Assembly: GCA_020024755.1 (NCBI GenBank)
Contig: JAHHTH010000004.1
Location: 128,024-192,023 of the forward strand
Source: Mycoplasmataceae bacterium
GTDB taxonomy: Bacteria > Bacillota_I > Bacilli_A > Mycoplasmatales > Mycoplasmoidaceae
DNA length: 64,000 nucleotides
Reading direction: 5' to 3'
Shown here piece by piece: positions 1-11,359 of the stretch. The notes below the pieces were generated by a model. That model did no database searches and was not told where the DNA came from. It worked only from the letters and a program-made list of their open reading frames with translations. How positions within the stretch are numbered: position 1 is the first letter of the stretch; each line of letters begins with the position of its first letter. The position numbers and the translations under genes are program-made.

Positions 1-156
1 TAAAATAAAAAGTCTCCATTTTTTAAGTTTTATGGTATCATTTGTATGGTTTTTTTGTTATATAGATTGCTGATACACCAAAACCAGTTGTCAAGTATCA
101 GGTAACTAGATGACAGGCCGATTCACAAAAAATAATTTCAAGGAAGGACAACAATT

Positions 157-462
157 ATGAATCAAGAAATTAAGATTATTCTATATTCTTATGATCATCA
201 ATTATTAGATGTATCTGTAAAAAGAATTATAGAAATATCTAAAAAGACAAATGCAAAGGTAAAAGGGCCTATCCCTCTACCAACTAAGAAGGAAGTCTTC
301 ACTATTCTAAGATCTCCTCACGTTAACAAATCTTCAAGAGAACAATTCGAAAGAAGAACTCACAAAAGATTAATCATCTTAACAGATGTAACTCCAGAAA
401 CTAGAGACGGTTTAAAGAGATTAGTAGTACCAACAGGTATTGAAATTAGAATTAAAAGTTAA
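157..462 (+). CDS. rpsJ: 30S ribosomal protein S10
   Basis: Intact 101-aa ORF with S10 hallmarks ([24 protein letters not shown]). First gene in canonical S10-operon order. AGGAAGGA RBS upstream. Confidence 0.97.
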   Translation: MNQEIKIILYSYDHQLLDVSVKRIIEISKKTNAKVKGPIPLPTKKEVFTILRSPHVNKSSREQFERRTHKRLIILTDVTPETRDGLKRLVVPTGIEIRIKS

Positions 463-488
463 TTAAGTATTAAGGAAAGGAAATCGCA

Positions 489-1265
489 ATGAAAGCATTA
501 TTAGGAACTAAAGTCGGAATGACAACTCTTTTCGATGAAAACGGAACAAGATACGCAGCTACAGTTGTTTATGTTGAACCAAACCAAGTACTTGAACTTA
601 AATCTCTAGAAAAGAATGGATATGTAGCAACTAAGGTTGGTTACGAAACTGTTAAAGAAAAATCTTTAAACAAACCACAATTAGGATTCTTTAAGAAAGT
701 TAAAGCAGATCCTAAGAGATACGTAAAAGAATTACGTGGAGTGGAAGGATACAATGTAGGAGACTTAATTAAAGTTGACGCATTCGAAGTTGGACAATTT
801 GTAGATGTTCAAGCTTATACAAAAGGTCATGGATTTACAGGATCAATTAAGAGACATAACTTCTCAGTAGGTCCATTAGGTCACGGAGCTGGATACCCAC
901 ACAGATATGTTGGGTCTATCTCTGGTGGACGTGGGGGTTCACAAGCTCAAAGAGTATTCAAGGGTACAGAACTACCAGGTCACTATGGACATGAAATGGT
1001 AACAATCCAAAACCAATTAATATTAGACATTGACCTAGCAAACAACTTAATGATTATTAAGGGTGGTATCCCAGGACCAGATAACTCATTAGTAAAAATC
1101 AGCTTATCTAAAAAGAAAGCAAACAAAAAATTAGAAGTTAAATTAGCTTCAAACAAAAAACCAGCAGCTAAAGTTGAAGAAACTCCAGTAGAAGCACAAG
1201 CTGCACCAGCAACTGAAGCTCCAGCTCCAGCAGAAGCACCAGCAAACCAAGAAGGGAACAATTAG
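489..1265 (+). CDS. rplC: 50S ribosomal protein L3 with Ala/Pro/Glu-rich C-terminal tail
   Basis: 258-aa ORF with L3 motifs ([21 protein letters not shown]) in operon position. The last ~45 aa are low-complexity ([15 protein letters not shown]). Confidence 0.95.
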   Translation: MKALLGTKVGMTTLFDENGTRYAATVVYVEPNQVLELKSLEKNGYVATKVGYETVKEKSLNKPQLGFFKKVKADPKRYVKELRGVEGYNVGDLIKVDAFEVGQFVDVQAYTKGHGFTGSIKRHNFSVGPLGHGAGYPHRYVGSISGGRGGSQAQRVFKGTELPGHYGHEMVTIQNQLILDIDLANNLMIIKGGIPGPDNSLVKISLSKKKANKKLEVKLASNKKPAAKVEETPVEAQAAPATEAPAPAEAPANQEGNN

Positions 1266-1275
1266 GAGGTAAACC

Positions 1276-1905
1276 ATGGCAAGTATTAAACTATATAATA
1301 TCCAAGGTGAATCAAAAGGTAACGCAACTATTGATGATTCTCTAATCGTTAAAAAACCAAATCAACAAGCTATGTTTGATTGTGTAATTGCTGAACAAGC
1401 TTCAACAAGACAAGGAACTCACTCAACATTAACTAAAGGTGAAGTTCGTGGTGGTGGTAAAAAACCATGAAGACAAAAACATACTGGTAAAGCAAGAACT
1501 GGTTCAACTCGTAACCCACACTGAGTAGGTGGTGGTATCGCATTCGGTCCAAAACCAAACAGAAACTATGACAAGAAAGTTAACTCTAAAGTATTTAAAT
1601 TAGCATTCAAGTCAGCATTAACACTTAAGTTAAACAATGATGTTTTATTCGGATTAGAAGATAAAGCTAAATTAGATAAACCATCAACTAAAGCAATGGC
1701 ATCATTCATTGCAAAAGCAAACTTAACAAATAAGAAAGTTCTTATTATTACTAATGAAGAAGATAACATCAAGTTATCAACTAACAACATTCCTAGAGTA
1801 ACAACTAAGGCATGAAACAAAGTATCTGTTAAAGACTTACTTCACACTTATGTTGTATTTGTACAAGAAGGTGCATTAGGAAAGATGAAAGAGGTATACG
1901 CATAA
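1276..1905 (+). CDS. rplD: 50S ribosomal protein L4
   Basis: ORF 1276-1470 continues in frame through TGA at 1468, 1522 and 1813 to TAA 1903. L4 motif [33 protein letters not shown]. Confidence 0.93.
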
Positions 1906-2279
1906 TGGATTTAAATAATATTATTATCAAACCTTACCATACTGAAAAAAGTTATGGTTTAAGAAAATTCCAAGATCCTTCATGTTTAGTATTCGTAGTA
2001 AATAAGAAAGCATCTAAAGACCTTATTAAGTTAGCATTCAAATCAATTTATAATGTAATGCCTGAAAAAGTAAACACTGTTAATAAACATCCTAAAAAAT
2101 TAAGATTAACAAACAACGGATTCGGTTACTCAAAAGAATTCAAACTAGCATACATTACATTACCAAAAGGAATGCAAATCGCATTAACTAAGGATGAAAT
2201 AGCAGAAGCAGCAGAAGCTAATAAAGCAGATGCTAAAGAAGCTAAAAAGACTTCTAAAAAAGAATCAGAAGCTAAATAA
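1905..2279 (+). CDS. rplW: 50S ribosomal protein L23 with Lys/Ala/Glu-rich tail
   Basis: 124-aa ORF whose ATG overlaps the rplD stop (TAATG). Operon position; L23-like core IIKPYHTEKS. Confidence 0.92.
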   Translation: MDLNNIIIKPYHTEKSYGLRKFQDPSCLVFVVNKKASKDLIKLAFKSIYNVMPEKVNTVNKHPKKLRLTNNGFGYSKEFKLAYITLPKGMQIALTKDEIAEAAEANKADAKEAKKTSKKESEAK

Positions 2280-2310
2280 TTAAATTTGTCGAAAAGCGTA
2301 GGAGGCATGT

Positions 2311-3153
2311 ATGGCAATTAAAAAGATCAAAAGTAGATCTAGTGGTAAACGTCAAACAGTATTAATTGATTACAAGTCTGTGCTTACAACTAATACTCCT
2401 GAAAAATCACTAACTACGACATTAAAGAAAAACTCTGGTAGAAATAACCAAGGTAAAATTACAGTAAGACACCAAGGTGGTGCTCAAAAAAGAAAATACC
2501 GTATCATTGATTTCAAAAGAAACAAGGATGGTAAAGTTGGAACAATTTCAACTATTGAATATGATCCAAACAGAACATCATTCATTTCATTAGTAACTTA
2601 TGAAGATGGTGAAAAGAGATACATCATTGCTCCAAAAGGAATCCAAGTAGGTGACAAGATTGTATCAGGTAATGACAAAATCGATATTAAGATTGGTAAC
2701 TCATTACAATTACAAAACATTCCTGAAGGTACATTAGTTCACAACGTTGAATTAGTTCCAGGAGCTGGTGGACAATTAGCAAGATCTGCTGGTACAAGTA
2801 TTCAAATCTTAGGTTTCGATGAAACTGGTGATTATGTAATTTGTAAAATGTCTTCTGGTGAAGTTAGAAAAATCAGAAAAGAATGTAGAGCTACAATCGG
2901 TGTAGTTTCAAACGAAGACCACAACCTAGTTAATATTGGTAAAGCTGGTCGTAACCGTAAGATGGGTGTAAGACCAACAGTTCGTGGTTCAGCTATGAAC
3001 CCTAACGATCACCCACATGGGGGTGGTGAAGGACGTCAACCAATTGGTATGGATGCTCCTAGAACTCCATGAGGTAAGAGACACATGGGTGTTAAGACAA
3101 GAAAACAAAAACAACCTTCTACTAAATTAATTATTAGAAGAAGAGGAAAATAG
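2311..3153 (+). CDS. rplB: 50S ribosomal protein L2
   Basis: ORF 2311-3072 reads through TGA 3070 (PRTPWGKRHMG) to TAG 3151. L2 motifs [14 protein letters not shown]. Confidence 0.96.
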
Positions 3154-3167
3154 GAAAGGAGTAGTAT

Positions 3168-3434
3168 ATGTCAAGAAGTTCAAGTAAAGGTGCATTTGTT
3201 GATGCTAGCTTAATGAAAAAAGTAGTGGCAATGAATGAAACAGAAAAGAAAAAACCAATTAAAACATGATCACGTCGTAGTACTATCTTCCCTGAATTCG
3301 TTGGTTTAACATTCGAAGTTCACAATGGTAAAGATTTCATTAAAGTGTTCGTAACTCAAGATATGGTTGGTCGTAAATTAGGTGAATTTGCTCCAACTAG
3401 AAACTTCAAAGCCCATACTGAGGCTAAGAGATAG
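3168..3434 (+). CDS. rpsS: 30S ribosomal protein S19
   Basis: Absent from the track because TGA 3267 splits it. ATG 3168 follows AGGAG. Reads [12 protein letters not shown]...[16 protein letters not shown]...HNGK, ending at TAG 3432. Confidence 0.95.
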
Positions 3435-3444
3435 GAGATAAATT

Positions 3445-4221
3445 ATGGTAAATAAAGTTATTCAACGTAATATTAGAATCTCACATCGTAAAGCTCAATT
3501 AGTATGTGACTTAATTAGAAACAAACCTGTTAAAGAAGCAATTATTATCTTAAAGAACACAAACAAGAAAATTGCACCAATCATTCTTAAATTATTAAAT
3601 AGTGCAATTGCTAATGCGACTAACAACCATGCAATGAATGCTGAAAAACTATATGTATACAACATCTTTGCAAACCAAGGTCCAACAATGAAGAGAACTA
3701 TGCCAAGAGCAAGAGGTTCTGCTGATATGATTAGAAAACGTTCTACTCACATCGAAATTCATTTAAGTGACAACCCTAACGAAAGAAAGTTAGAAATCGA
3801 AAGAATTAAAGAAAGAAAGCACAAAGCTGCTTTAGCTAACAAAGGTGGAGATAAAGGTACTAGAGTTAAAGCTAAACCTGTAAAGGAAGCAAAACCAAAA
3901 CCACAACCAAAACCTGAAGTTAAAAAGGAAGAACCTAAAAAGGTTGAACCTGCAAAAAAACCTGAACCTAAAAAAGAACCTAAACCAAAAATGATAAATG
4001 GTATTAGCGTTGAACAAAAACATACAGTAGTAACTGAAAAAGAAGCTAATGAATATGATTATGAAAAACGTCTAAAAGATTGAAGAAAAAAAGCAGGTTA
4101 CAACGAAAAACCATCTAAGTGTGTGAAATGTAAAGATGACTGCTGAACATCAATCTTATTAGATTCAGGAAAACACATTTGTTACACTTGTTGAATCAAA
4201 AAACCAGAAGGAAGTAAATAG
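3445..4221 (+). CDS. rplV: 50S ribosomal protein L22 with ~140-aa C-terminal extension (Lys/Pro/Glu repeats plus a Cys-knuckle tail)
   Basis: ORF 3445-4083 continues through TGA 4081, 4144 and 4192 to TAG 4219. The N-terminal ~115 aa are L22. The tail carries KPKPQPKPEVKKEEPKK repeats, then CVKCKDDCW...HICYTCW. Confidence 0.85.
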
Positions 4222-4230
4222 GAGATCACT

Positions 4231-4989
4231 ATGGGACAAAAAGTTAATTCAAACGGATTACGTTACGGAATTTATAAAGAATGAGAATCTAGATGAATTT
4301 CTAATGATGACAGACAAACAGCTAAATGATTAGTTGATGATGACAAAATTAGAAAATACTTCAACAATAAATGAAAACTTGCTTTAGTTTCAAGTGTTCA
4401 AATTGAAAGAAGTGGAGACAACGTTAACTTATTTGTTAACACTGCACAACCTGGTTTATTTGCAGAAGCAGATACTATTAAAAAGATTCAACTTGATTTA
4501 AACAAAATGTGTGGAAGAAAATATAAATTCAACATTACAATTCTTCCAATCGTAAATACATATGTTCATGCTCGTATTGTAGCTAGAGAAATTGCTGATG
4601 CAATTGAAAAGAGAGTTTCATTCAGAACTGCTCAAAAGCAAGCTATTAAAAAAGTTATGAAAGCAAAAGCTTTAGGTGTAAAGACTAAAGTTTCTGGAAG
4701 ATTAGGTGGAGTTGAAATGGCTCGTGAAGAAGGATATTCTGAAGGTGTTATTCCACTATCATCATTAAGAGCTGATATTGACTATGCATTAGAAGAAGCT
4801 CACACAACTTATGGATTAATCGGTGTTAAGGTTTGAATCAACAGAGGTCAAATCTTCAACAAAGGTGAAGTATCTAAAGTTATTACAACTGCACCAACAG
4901 TTTCTATGTCACCTCGTTTAAGCCAAGCTAAACCAAGATCAAATGTAAAGAAAGAAGACAAGGCTGCAGCGCCAGCTAAGTCTGAGTAA
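4231..4989 (+). CDS. rpsC: 30S ribosomal protein S3
   Basis: ATG 4231 after GGAG. Reads [13 protein letters not shown] with several TGA=Trp, in frame with track ORF 4507-4836, ending at TAA 4987. Confidence 0.95.
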
Positions 4990-4999
4990 GGAGTAAGAT

Positions 5000-5410
5000 A
5001 TGTTACAACCTAAGAGAACAAAATATCGTAAACCTCATAAGATTAGTTATGAAGGAAAAGCTAAAGGTAATACATATGTTGCTTTTGGCGAATATGGTTT
5101 AATGGCTACAGCAGGTGCATGATTAGATGCAAGACAAATTGAAGCTGCACGGGTAGCAATTAGTAAGAGACTAGGTAAGACTGGAAAAATGTGAATTAGA
5201 ATCTTCCCACACTTATCTATGACTAAAAAACCTCTAGAAGTACGTATGGGGTCAGGGAAAGGTTCACCTGAAAAATGAGTAGCTGTTGTTAAAGAAGGAA
5301 CTATCATGTTTGAAGTAGCAGGTATTTCTGAAGAAATGGCTAAAAACGGTCTAAGAGCTGCTGGAAACAAATTAAGTACTTCATGAAAGATTGTTAAAAA
5401 GGAGATGTAA
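5000..5410 (+). CDS. rplP: 50S ribosomal protein L16
   Basis: [14 protein letters not shown] start. TGA=Trp at conserved positions. The track shows only an antisense shadow ORF here. Confidence 0.96.
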
Positions 5411-5413
5411 TCA

Positions 5414-5668
5414 ATGGCAAACAGTATGACTAAAGATTTACGTAAGAAATCAAATGCTGAATTAGCAGAATTAATTTCTAAATGTAAAGATCAATTATTA
5501 CAAATTAGATTCAGTGTTGCTAATGGTGAAGCTGAAAAACTACATGTTGTTTCAGGCATCAAGAAAACAATCGCAAGATCATTAACAATCTTAAATGAAA
5601 GAGCAGCAGAACAACAATCACAAGCAGAAGAAAAGAAAACACCAGCAACTAAGAAAGGATCTAAATAA
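5414..5668 (+). CDS. rpmC: 50S ribosomal protein L29
   Basis: 84-aa ORF in operon position with L29-like [13 protein letters not shown]...QLLQIRF. Charged C-terminal tail. Confidence 0.9.
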   Translation: MANSMTKDLRKKSNAELAELISKCKDQLLQIRFSVANGEAEKLHVVSGIKKTIARSLTILNERAAEQQSQAEEKKTPATKKGSK

Positions 5669-5937
5669 TGAGTAACCAAGTAGAAAGAATTAATCGTCGT
5701 AAAGTTTTAGTTGGTATCGTTACTTCAACAAAGATGGAAAAGACTATCACAGTTAATGTTGAAACTAAAACTAAACACCCACTTTACAAAAAGTTAGTTA
5801 TTAAACATAAGAAATATCATGCACATGATGAAAAACAAGAAGCTAACATTGGAGATAAAGTAGAAATTATTGAAACTAGACCTCTATCAAAAACAAAGAA
5901 CTTCAGATTAAACAAAATTATTGAAAAAGCAAAATAG
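5668..5937 (+). CDS. rpsQ: 30S ribosomal protein S17
   Basis: 89-aa ORF overlapping the rpmC stop. Reads [20 protein letters not shown]...HDE. Confidence 0.93.
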   Translation: MSNQVERINRRKVLVGIVTSTKMEKTITVNVETKTKHPLYKKLVIKHKKYHAHDEKQEANIGDKVEIIETRPLSKTKNFRLNKIIEKAK

Positions 5938-5964
5938 TATTAAAGGTTATAAAGGAGATATATT

Positions 5965-6333
5965 ATGGTACAACACATGTCTAGATTAAAAGTAGCTGAT
6001 AATACAGGTGCTAAAGAAGTAGGGGTAATCAAAGTTCTAGGTGGATCAAAAAGAAGATATGCATTCATCGGTGATGTAGTAGTAGTTTCAGTTAAGAAAT
6101 GTGCTCCAGGTGGGACAATTACAAAAGGTCAAATTTTCAAAGCTGTTATCGTTAGATCTAAAAAAGGTGTTAACAGAGGCTCAGGTGCTATTCTTAAATT
6201 TGATGAAAATGCTTGTGTATTAATTAAAGATGATAAGACTCCAAGAGGAAGTCGTATATTCGGACCAGTTGCTAGAGAACTTCGTGATAAAGGGTACGCT
6301 AAAATCGTTTCATTAGCGCCAGAAGTGTTATAA
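5965..6333 (+). CDS. rplN: 50S ribosomal protein L14
   Basis: 122-aa ORF reading [18 protein letters not shown]...[10 protein letters not shown]. Confidence 0.97.
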   Translation: MVQHMSRLKVADNTGAKEVGVIKVLGGSKRRYAFIGDVVVVSVKKCAPGGTITKGQIFKAVIVRSKKGVNRGSGAILKFDENACVLIKDDKTPRGSRIFGPVARELRDKGYAKIVSLAPEVL

Positions 6334-6348
6334 GGAAAGGAGATAGTT

Positions 6349-6678
6349 ATGAACAGAATTATTAAAGGTGATAGAGTTAGAATTATCTCTGGAAAACACA
6401 AAGGTCTTGAAGGAACAGTATTAAAAGTATTCCCTAAAGAAGGAACAGCAGTAGTTGAAGGATTAAACATGGTAACAAAACATGTTAAACCAAACGGCGA
6501 AGCTGAACAAGGTGGAATCGTAAAAACTGAAGCTCCAATTAATTTATCAAAATTAGCTTTAGTAGATCCAAAAGCAAAAGGATTAAGTACAAAAGTAAAC
6601 TATGTAGTTGATCCAAAAACAAATACTAAATCACGTATTACAAAAAAATCAAAATCTAACTTATCAGATAAGAAATAG
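6349..6678 (+). CDS. rplX: 50S ribosomal protein L24
   Basis: 109-aa ORF with a KOW motif (IKGDRVRIISGKHKG). Operon position. Confidence 0.93.
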   Translation: MNRIIKGDRVRIISGKHKGLEGTVLKVFPKEGTAVVEGLNMVTKHVKPNGEAEQGGIVKTEAPINLSKLALVDPKAKGLSTKVNYVVDPKTNTKSRITKKSKSNLSDKK

Positions 6679-6696
6679 GAATAAAGGAGATATATC

Positions 6697-7248
6697 ATGA
6701 ATGAATTAAAACAAAAATACGTTAAAGAAATAGCTCCGGAATTACAAAAAGAATTTAATCTTAAATCTGTAATGCAAATTCCTAAGTTAGAAAAAATTGT
6801 AATCAACGCTGGTATTGGTGATGCAGCTCAAGATGCTAAGAACCTTGAATTAGCTGTAAATGAAATGCAAGCAATTACTGGTCAAAAGCCATTAATTACT
6901 AGAGCAAAAAAATCAATCGCTACTTATAAAGTTAGAGAAGGTCAAGGAATTGGTTGTAAAGTAACTTTACGTGGTGAAAAGATGTGAAACTTCTTAGATC
7001 TATTATTCAATGTAGCTCTTCCTCGTGTGAGAGACTTCAAGGGATTAAACCCTCACTCATTTGATGGCAGAGGAAACTACACAATTGGGATTAAAGAACA
7101 AATTATCTTCCCTCAAATTGTTTATGACAATGTTAAAAGAATTAGAGGGTTTGATATTACATTAGTAACTTCAACAAACAGTGACGAACAAGCTAGAAGC
7201 CTAATTGCAAAATTAGGTGCACCATTAAGAAAGGGTGGAAAGAAATAG
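6697..7248 (+). CDS. rplE: 50S ribosomal protein L5
   Basis: Track ORFs 6697-6987 and 7027-7248 share a frame and are joined through TGA 6985 (GEKMWNFLD). L5 motifs present. Confidence 0.96.
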
Positions 7249-7249
7249 T

Positions 7250-7435
7250 ATGGCAAAAAAAGCATTAATTGAAAAACAAAAGAAACATCAAAAATTTGAA
7301 GTAAGAAATTACACTAGATGTGAAAGATGTGGAAGACCACACGCAGTTATTAGAAAATTCGGTATTTGCCGTTTATGCTTCAGAGACTTAGCATACAAGG
7401 GTGCAATCCCAGGTGTTAAGAAAGCATCTTGATAG
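7250..7435 (+). CDS. rpsN: 30S ribosomal protein S14 type Z (zinc-binding)
   Basis: [12 protein letters not shown]...[22 protein letters not shown]...KKASW. The terminal TGA 7430 encodes Trp and TAG 7433 is the stop. ATG 7250 preferred over the track start 7235. Confidence 0.93.
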
Positions 7436-7447
7436 TAGGAGGAAAAT

Positions 7448-7840
7448 ATGCATACAGATCCAATTTCAGAATTATTAACTAAAATTAGAAATGCTAAAAA
7501 AGCATACAAACCTTCAGTAACTGTTACAACATCTAACATGAAAACTGCTATCCTTACTGTTTTAAAAGATGAAGGCTATATTAAAGACTTCGTTACAAAT
7601 GTTGAAGACAAAAAATCATTCACTGAAATCAAATTAAAATACAAAAACAAACAATCAGCTATTCACGGCTTAAAACAAGTATCTAAACCTGGATTAAGAG
7701 TATACCGTGAATGTGAAAAACTACCTAAAGTATTAAACGGATTAGGTATTGCATTAATCTCAACTTCTAAAGGTGTAATGACTGATAGAGAAGCTCGTAA
7801 AAACAAAGTCGGTGGTGAAATCATCGCTTATGTGTGATAG
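7448..7840 (+). CDS. rpsH: 30S ribosomal protein S8
   Basis: 129-aa ORF plus the terminal Trp (TGA 7835), then TAG 7838. Reads DPISELLTKIRNA...GGEIIAYVW. Confidence 0.95.
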
Positions 7841-7858
7841 GAAAGGGAATTAATAGTT

Positions 7859-8401
7859 ATGTCAAGAATCGGAAATCGTATTATTAGTATTCCTGCAGGT
7901 GTAACAATTGGGATTCAACCAACTGTAGTAACTGTTACTGGTCCAAAAGGTAACTTATCAGTTGATTATGATTCTAAATTAGTTAAGGTAGAACAAAAGG
8001 AAAACACAGTAGTTGTATCTCCTTTAAATGATCTTAAAACTACACACATGTTACATGGAACTATCAACTCACACATTAGTAATGCAATTGTTGGTGTTAC
8101 TAAAGAATTCAAAAAAGAATTAACACTTAAAGGTGTTGGTTACAGAGCTAAAGTTGAAGGAAGCAACCTTGTATTATCATTAGGTTTCAGCCACCCAGTT
8201 AAATTAGCAATTCCTCAATCAGTAAAAGTTGAAACTCCAGCTCCAACTGATTTAGTAATTACAAGTCCTAACAAACAAGTATTAGGACAATTCTGTGCAA
8301 CAATTAGAGCATACCGTATGCCTGAACCATATAAAGGAAAAGGTGTTCTATTCAAAAATGAACAAATTATCCGTAAAGTTGGTAAGAAGGCTGATAAGTA
8401 A
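7859..8401 (+). CDS. rplF: 50S ribosomal protein L6
   Basis: 180-aa ORF reading MSRIGNRIISIPAGV...YKGKGV. Confidence 0.95.
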   Translation: MSRIGNRIISIPAGVTIGIQPTVVTVTGPKGNLSVDYDSKLVKVEQKENTVVVSPLNDLKTTHMLHGTINSHISNAIVGVTKEFKKELTLKGVGYRAKVEGSNLVLSLGFSHPVKLAIPQSVKVETPAPTDLVITSPNKQVLGQFCATIRAYRMPEPYKGKGVLFKNEQIIRKVGKKADK

Positions 8402-8415
8402 TTAGGAGGATCATA

Positions 8416-8775
8416 ATGAAAAGAATTAATGTAGAACGTAATAAACAAAGATTAATTAGACAAAAAAGAAATCTTAATAAATTAGTTAAAATTGATAATT
8501 CATTACCAAGATTACTAGTTACTAAAACAAATGCTCACATTTTTGCACAATTAATCGACATGGAAAAAGGTGTTACAATTGCATCTTCAAGTTCAGTTGA
8601 ATTAAAACTTAAAAATGGAAATAAAGAAAGCGCTAAAAAAGTTGGTGCTGACATTGCTGCAAAAGCAATTAAAAAAGGTGTATCAAAAGTTTCATTCGAT
8701 CGTGGTGGTTCTAAATATCACGGAAGAATCATGGTATTAGCAGATGCAGCTAGAGAAGCTGGATTAAAATTCTAG
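8416..8775 (+). CDS. rplR: 50S ribosomal protein L18
   Basis: 119-aa ORF with [12 protein letters not shown]...[11 protein letters not shown]. Confidence 0.93.
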   Translation: MKRINVERNKQRLIRQKRNLNKLVKIDNSLPRLLVTKTNAHIFAQLIDMEKGVTIASSSSVELKLKNGNKESAKKVGADIAAKAIKKGVSKVSFDRGGSKYHGRIMVLADAAREAGLKF

Positions 8776-8785
8776 GAAGGTAAAT

Positions 8786-9409
8786 ATGAATCAAGTAGAA
8801 AACAATGAAGTTGTAGAACAAAAAGAAGTTGAAGTTAAAGCTGAAGCTTCTGTTGAACAAAAAGTAGAAACTGCTCCAACAAAAATTAATGATGATAGAG
8901 AATTCTCAAAGAAACCTGTTGTAAGAAAATCTTTATCACCAAACGGATTCGAAGAAAAAGTTGTTCAAATTAAACGTATCTCTAAAACTACAAAAGGTGG
9001 ACGTAACATGAGATTCTCTGCTGTAGTAGTTATCGGAGATAAAAAAGGTCAAGTTGGATTTGGTATGGGTAAATCAATCGAAGTTCCAGATGCAATTAAG
9101 AAAGCAATTAAAAATGCGAACAACAACATTCACCGTGTAAAAATGACTAAAAAAGGAACAGTTTACCATGAAAACATTGCACGTTTAGGTGCATCAAGAA
9201 TTTTAATCAAACCAGCTCCTGAAGGTACTGGAATCATCGCTGGTGGTTCAGTTCGTGCTGTTGTAGAATTAGCTGGATACTCTGACATTTATACAAAAGT
9301 GTTAGGATCATCAACTCCTGTAAATGCTATTAGAACAACTATTAAAGCGTTAGAAGAACAATATACACCATCTGAAATTAAAAAATTACGTAGCAAAAGC
9401 GAAAACTAA
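8786..9409 (+). CDS. rpsE: 30S ribosomal protein S5 with ~55-aa acidic N-terminal extension
   Basis: 207-aa ORF. S5 core ([30 protein letters not shown]) preceded by a Glu/Val/Lys-rich extension. Confidence 0.93.
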   Translation: MNQVENNEVVEQKEVEVKAEASVEQKVETAPTKINDDREFSKKPVVRKSLSPNGFEEKVVQIKRISKTTKGGRNMRFSAVVVIGDKKGQVGFGMGKSIEVPDAIKKAIKNANNNIHRVKMTKKGTVYHENIARLGASRILIKPAPEGTGIIAGGSVRAVVELAGYSDIYTKVLGSSTPVNAIRTTIKALEEQYTPSEIKKLRSKSEN

Positions 9410-9424
9410 TAAAGGAGAGACACA

Positions 9425-9874
9425 ATGGAATTACACAATCTTAAATATACAAAAGGATCAAGAAACCACAAGTCTAAAATTGTAGGTAGAGGTCACGGTT
9501 CTGGTATTGGTAAAACTTCAGGTCGTGGACAAGATGGTCAAAAGGCTAGAAAATCTGGTCACACTAGATTAGCTTTCGAAGGTGGTCAAACTCCTCTATA
9601 TCGTCGTCTACCAAAAGTTGGTTTCAACAACGCTGAATTTGCTAACAACTACAATGTAATTAACCTTAAAAACATTGAAAAACTTTCTGATAAAGTTATC
9701 GATGTTAAACTATTAGCTGAAAAAGGATTCTTCTCAAAGAAAAATGATCTTCCTTTAAAAGTGATTGGTAATGCTAAGATTAAATCTGGCATCACTATCA
9801 AAGCTCATAAATTCTCTGAAGGAGCTAAAAAAGCAATTGAAGCAGCTGGTTCAAAAGCTGAAGTGATTGCATAA
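9425..9874 (+). CDS. rplO: 50S ribosomal protein L15
   Basis: 149-aa ORF reading GRGHGSGIGKTSGRGQDGQKAR...GGQTPLYRRLPK. Confidence 0.93.
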   Translation: MELHNLKYTKGSRNHKSKIVGRGHGSGIGKTSGRGQDGQKARKSGHTRLAFEGGQTPLYRRLPKVGFNNAEFANNYNVINLKNIEKLSDKVIDVKLLAEKGFFSKKNDLPLKVIGNAKIKSGITIKAHKFSEGAKKAIEAAGSKAEVIA

Positions 9875-9913
9875 TCTTAGGCTATAATATAGAAATAATA
9901 ATAGATTAATAAA

Positions 9914-11359
9914 ATGGCTAAAACTAAAGTAGAAAAAAAGAATATACATTTATTAAGACAGATTAGAAACATTTTTATGTCAAAATCTGTTATTATTTCT
10001 ATTTTTGTAACATTATCAATAATGGTATTTTTCAACTTTGTCTCTAAAATACCTATGCCTTTCTTAAAGGTTAATCCTGATGCAGGGGGTATGTCAGACA
10101 AAGGTGGACTATTCTCTATGTTAAACCTTATTGGTGGGGGTGGTTTAACCAACCTATCGTTATTCACCCTAGGGATTACTCCTTATGTTACGGTACAAAT
10201 CTTTGTTCAATTATTATCATTTGATCCATCCTTCCCATTAAGTAAATGGGCACGGAGTGGTGAAAAAGGACGTAAGAAAATTGAAGTCTTATGTCGTCTA
10301 TTAACTTTACCGTTTGCAGTTCTACAAGCCTTTACTCTAGTAGTATTTATTGGTTATAGAATGCAAAGTGGAGCAGTTACATTTAGTGGTGTAGAAGGAG
10401 CTACTACATTAGATGGATTTTATACCTTCTTCTATATTGTCTTAATGACTGCTGGTACATATATCGCTATCTTCTTAGGTGATATTATTACAAAAAGAGG
10501 GGTTGGTAATGGGACAACTATCATTATCTTAACTGGTATTGTTTCATCACTTATTCCTAACTTCATTAAAGTATTCACAAATATCAACGGAACAGTAAAT
10601 GGTGAACTATATAGAACAATGGCATTCATTGTTTATATCATCTTCTATTGTATGATATTGTGAGCTACTGCATTTGTTAACTTATCTACCCGTAAGTTAC
10701 CTATTCAACAAACTGGACAAGCAATCTTGAAATTAGGTGATGATTTACCATACTTACCATTCAAGATTAACCCAACAGGTATTCTTCCAGTAATTGTGGC
10801 TTCGGCTGGTTTATCTATTCCTATTTCAATTGGTAACCTAGTTGAAATTGGAAACCCTGGAAATGGATTTACTCAATTTACTGAAAAAGCATTTAGTTTT
10901 GGTAGTTGACCAGGTGTAATTATTTATTGTATCTTAATCATCTTATCTGGATTTATTTTTAGTGGTATTCAAATTAACTCTGAAGATATTTCAAAACAAT
11001 TTATGCAATCAGGTAAATTCATTATTGGGGTTAAGATTGGTAAAACAACTGAAGAATACATTAGACGTGTTTTATATCGGGTAAACTGAATTGGTTCACC
11101 AATGTTAGCATTAATTGCTGCTATGCCTTATATTGCAAGTTTAGTGGTACTAAATGAATCAGGACAGCCAATTATTCCAAGTGACTCATCTTTAGGTGGT
11201 ACTGGAATTGTAATTATGGTAACTGGTTCATTAGATATGTGACAATCAATTGTGTCAGCTTCAACAGCTTCTTCATATACTGTTAAGAGACGTAAGATTG
11301 AAATCATCACAAGCAATGGTGAAGCACAAGAATTAGATCAAGGAAGTGGATTATGATAG
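9914..11359 (+). CDS. secY: Preprotein translocase subunit SecY
   Basis: Track ORFs 9914-10663 and 10727-10909 plus downstream sequence form one frame through TGAs to TAG 11357. Multi-TM, with the SecY motif GITPYVTVQIFVQLL. Overlaps the adk start. Confidence 0.93.

Noticed and set aside
983-1261. 92-aa minus-strand ORF, and similar track ORFs at 1566-1820, 2126-2317, 3832-4023, 5047-5370, 6129-6470, 6600-6806, 7309-7539, 8215-8448, 13434-13616 and 15071-15343.
   Set aside because: All lie antisense to well-supported ribosomal protein genes. They have low-complexity or hydrophobic junk composition and no RBS, so they are shadow ORFs.
7235-7249. Track start codon for S14 at 7235 and TTG start for the peroxiredoxin at 22531.
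   Set aside because: Both upstream extensions overlap the preceding gene or lack an RBS. ATG 7250 ([10 protein letters not shown]) and ATG 22591 (after AAGGAG) match orthologue N-termini.
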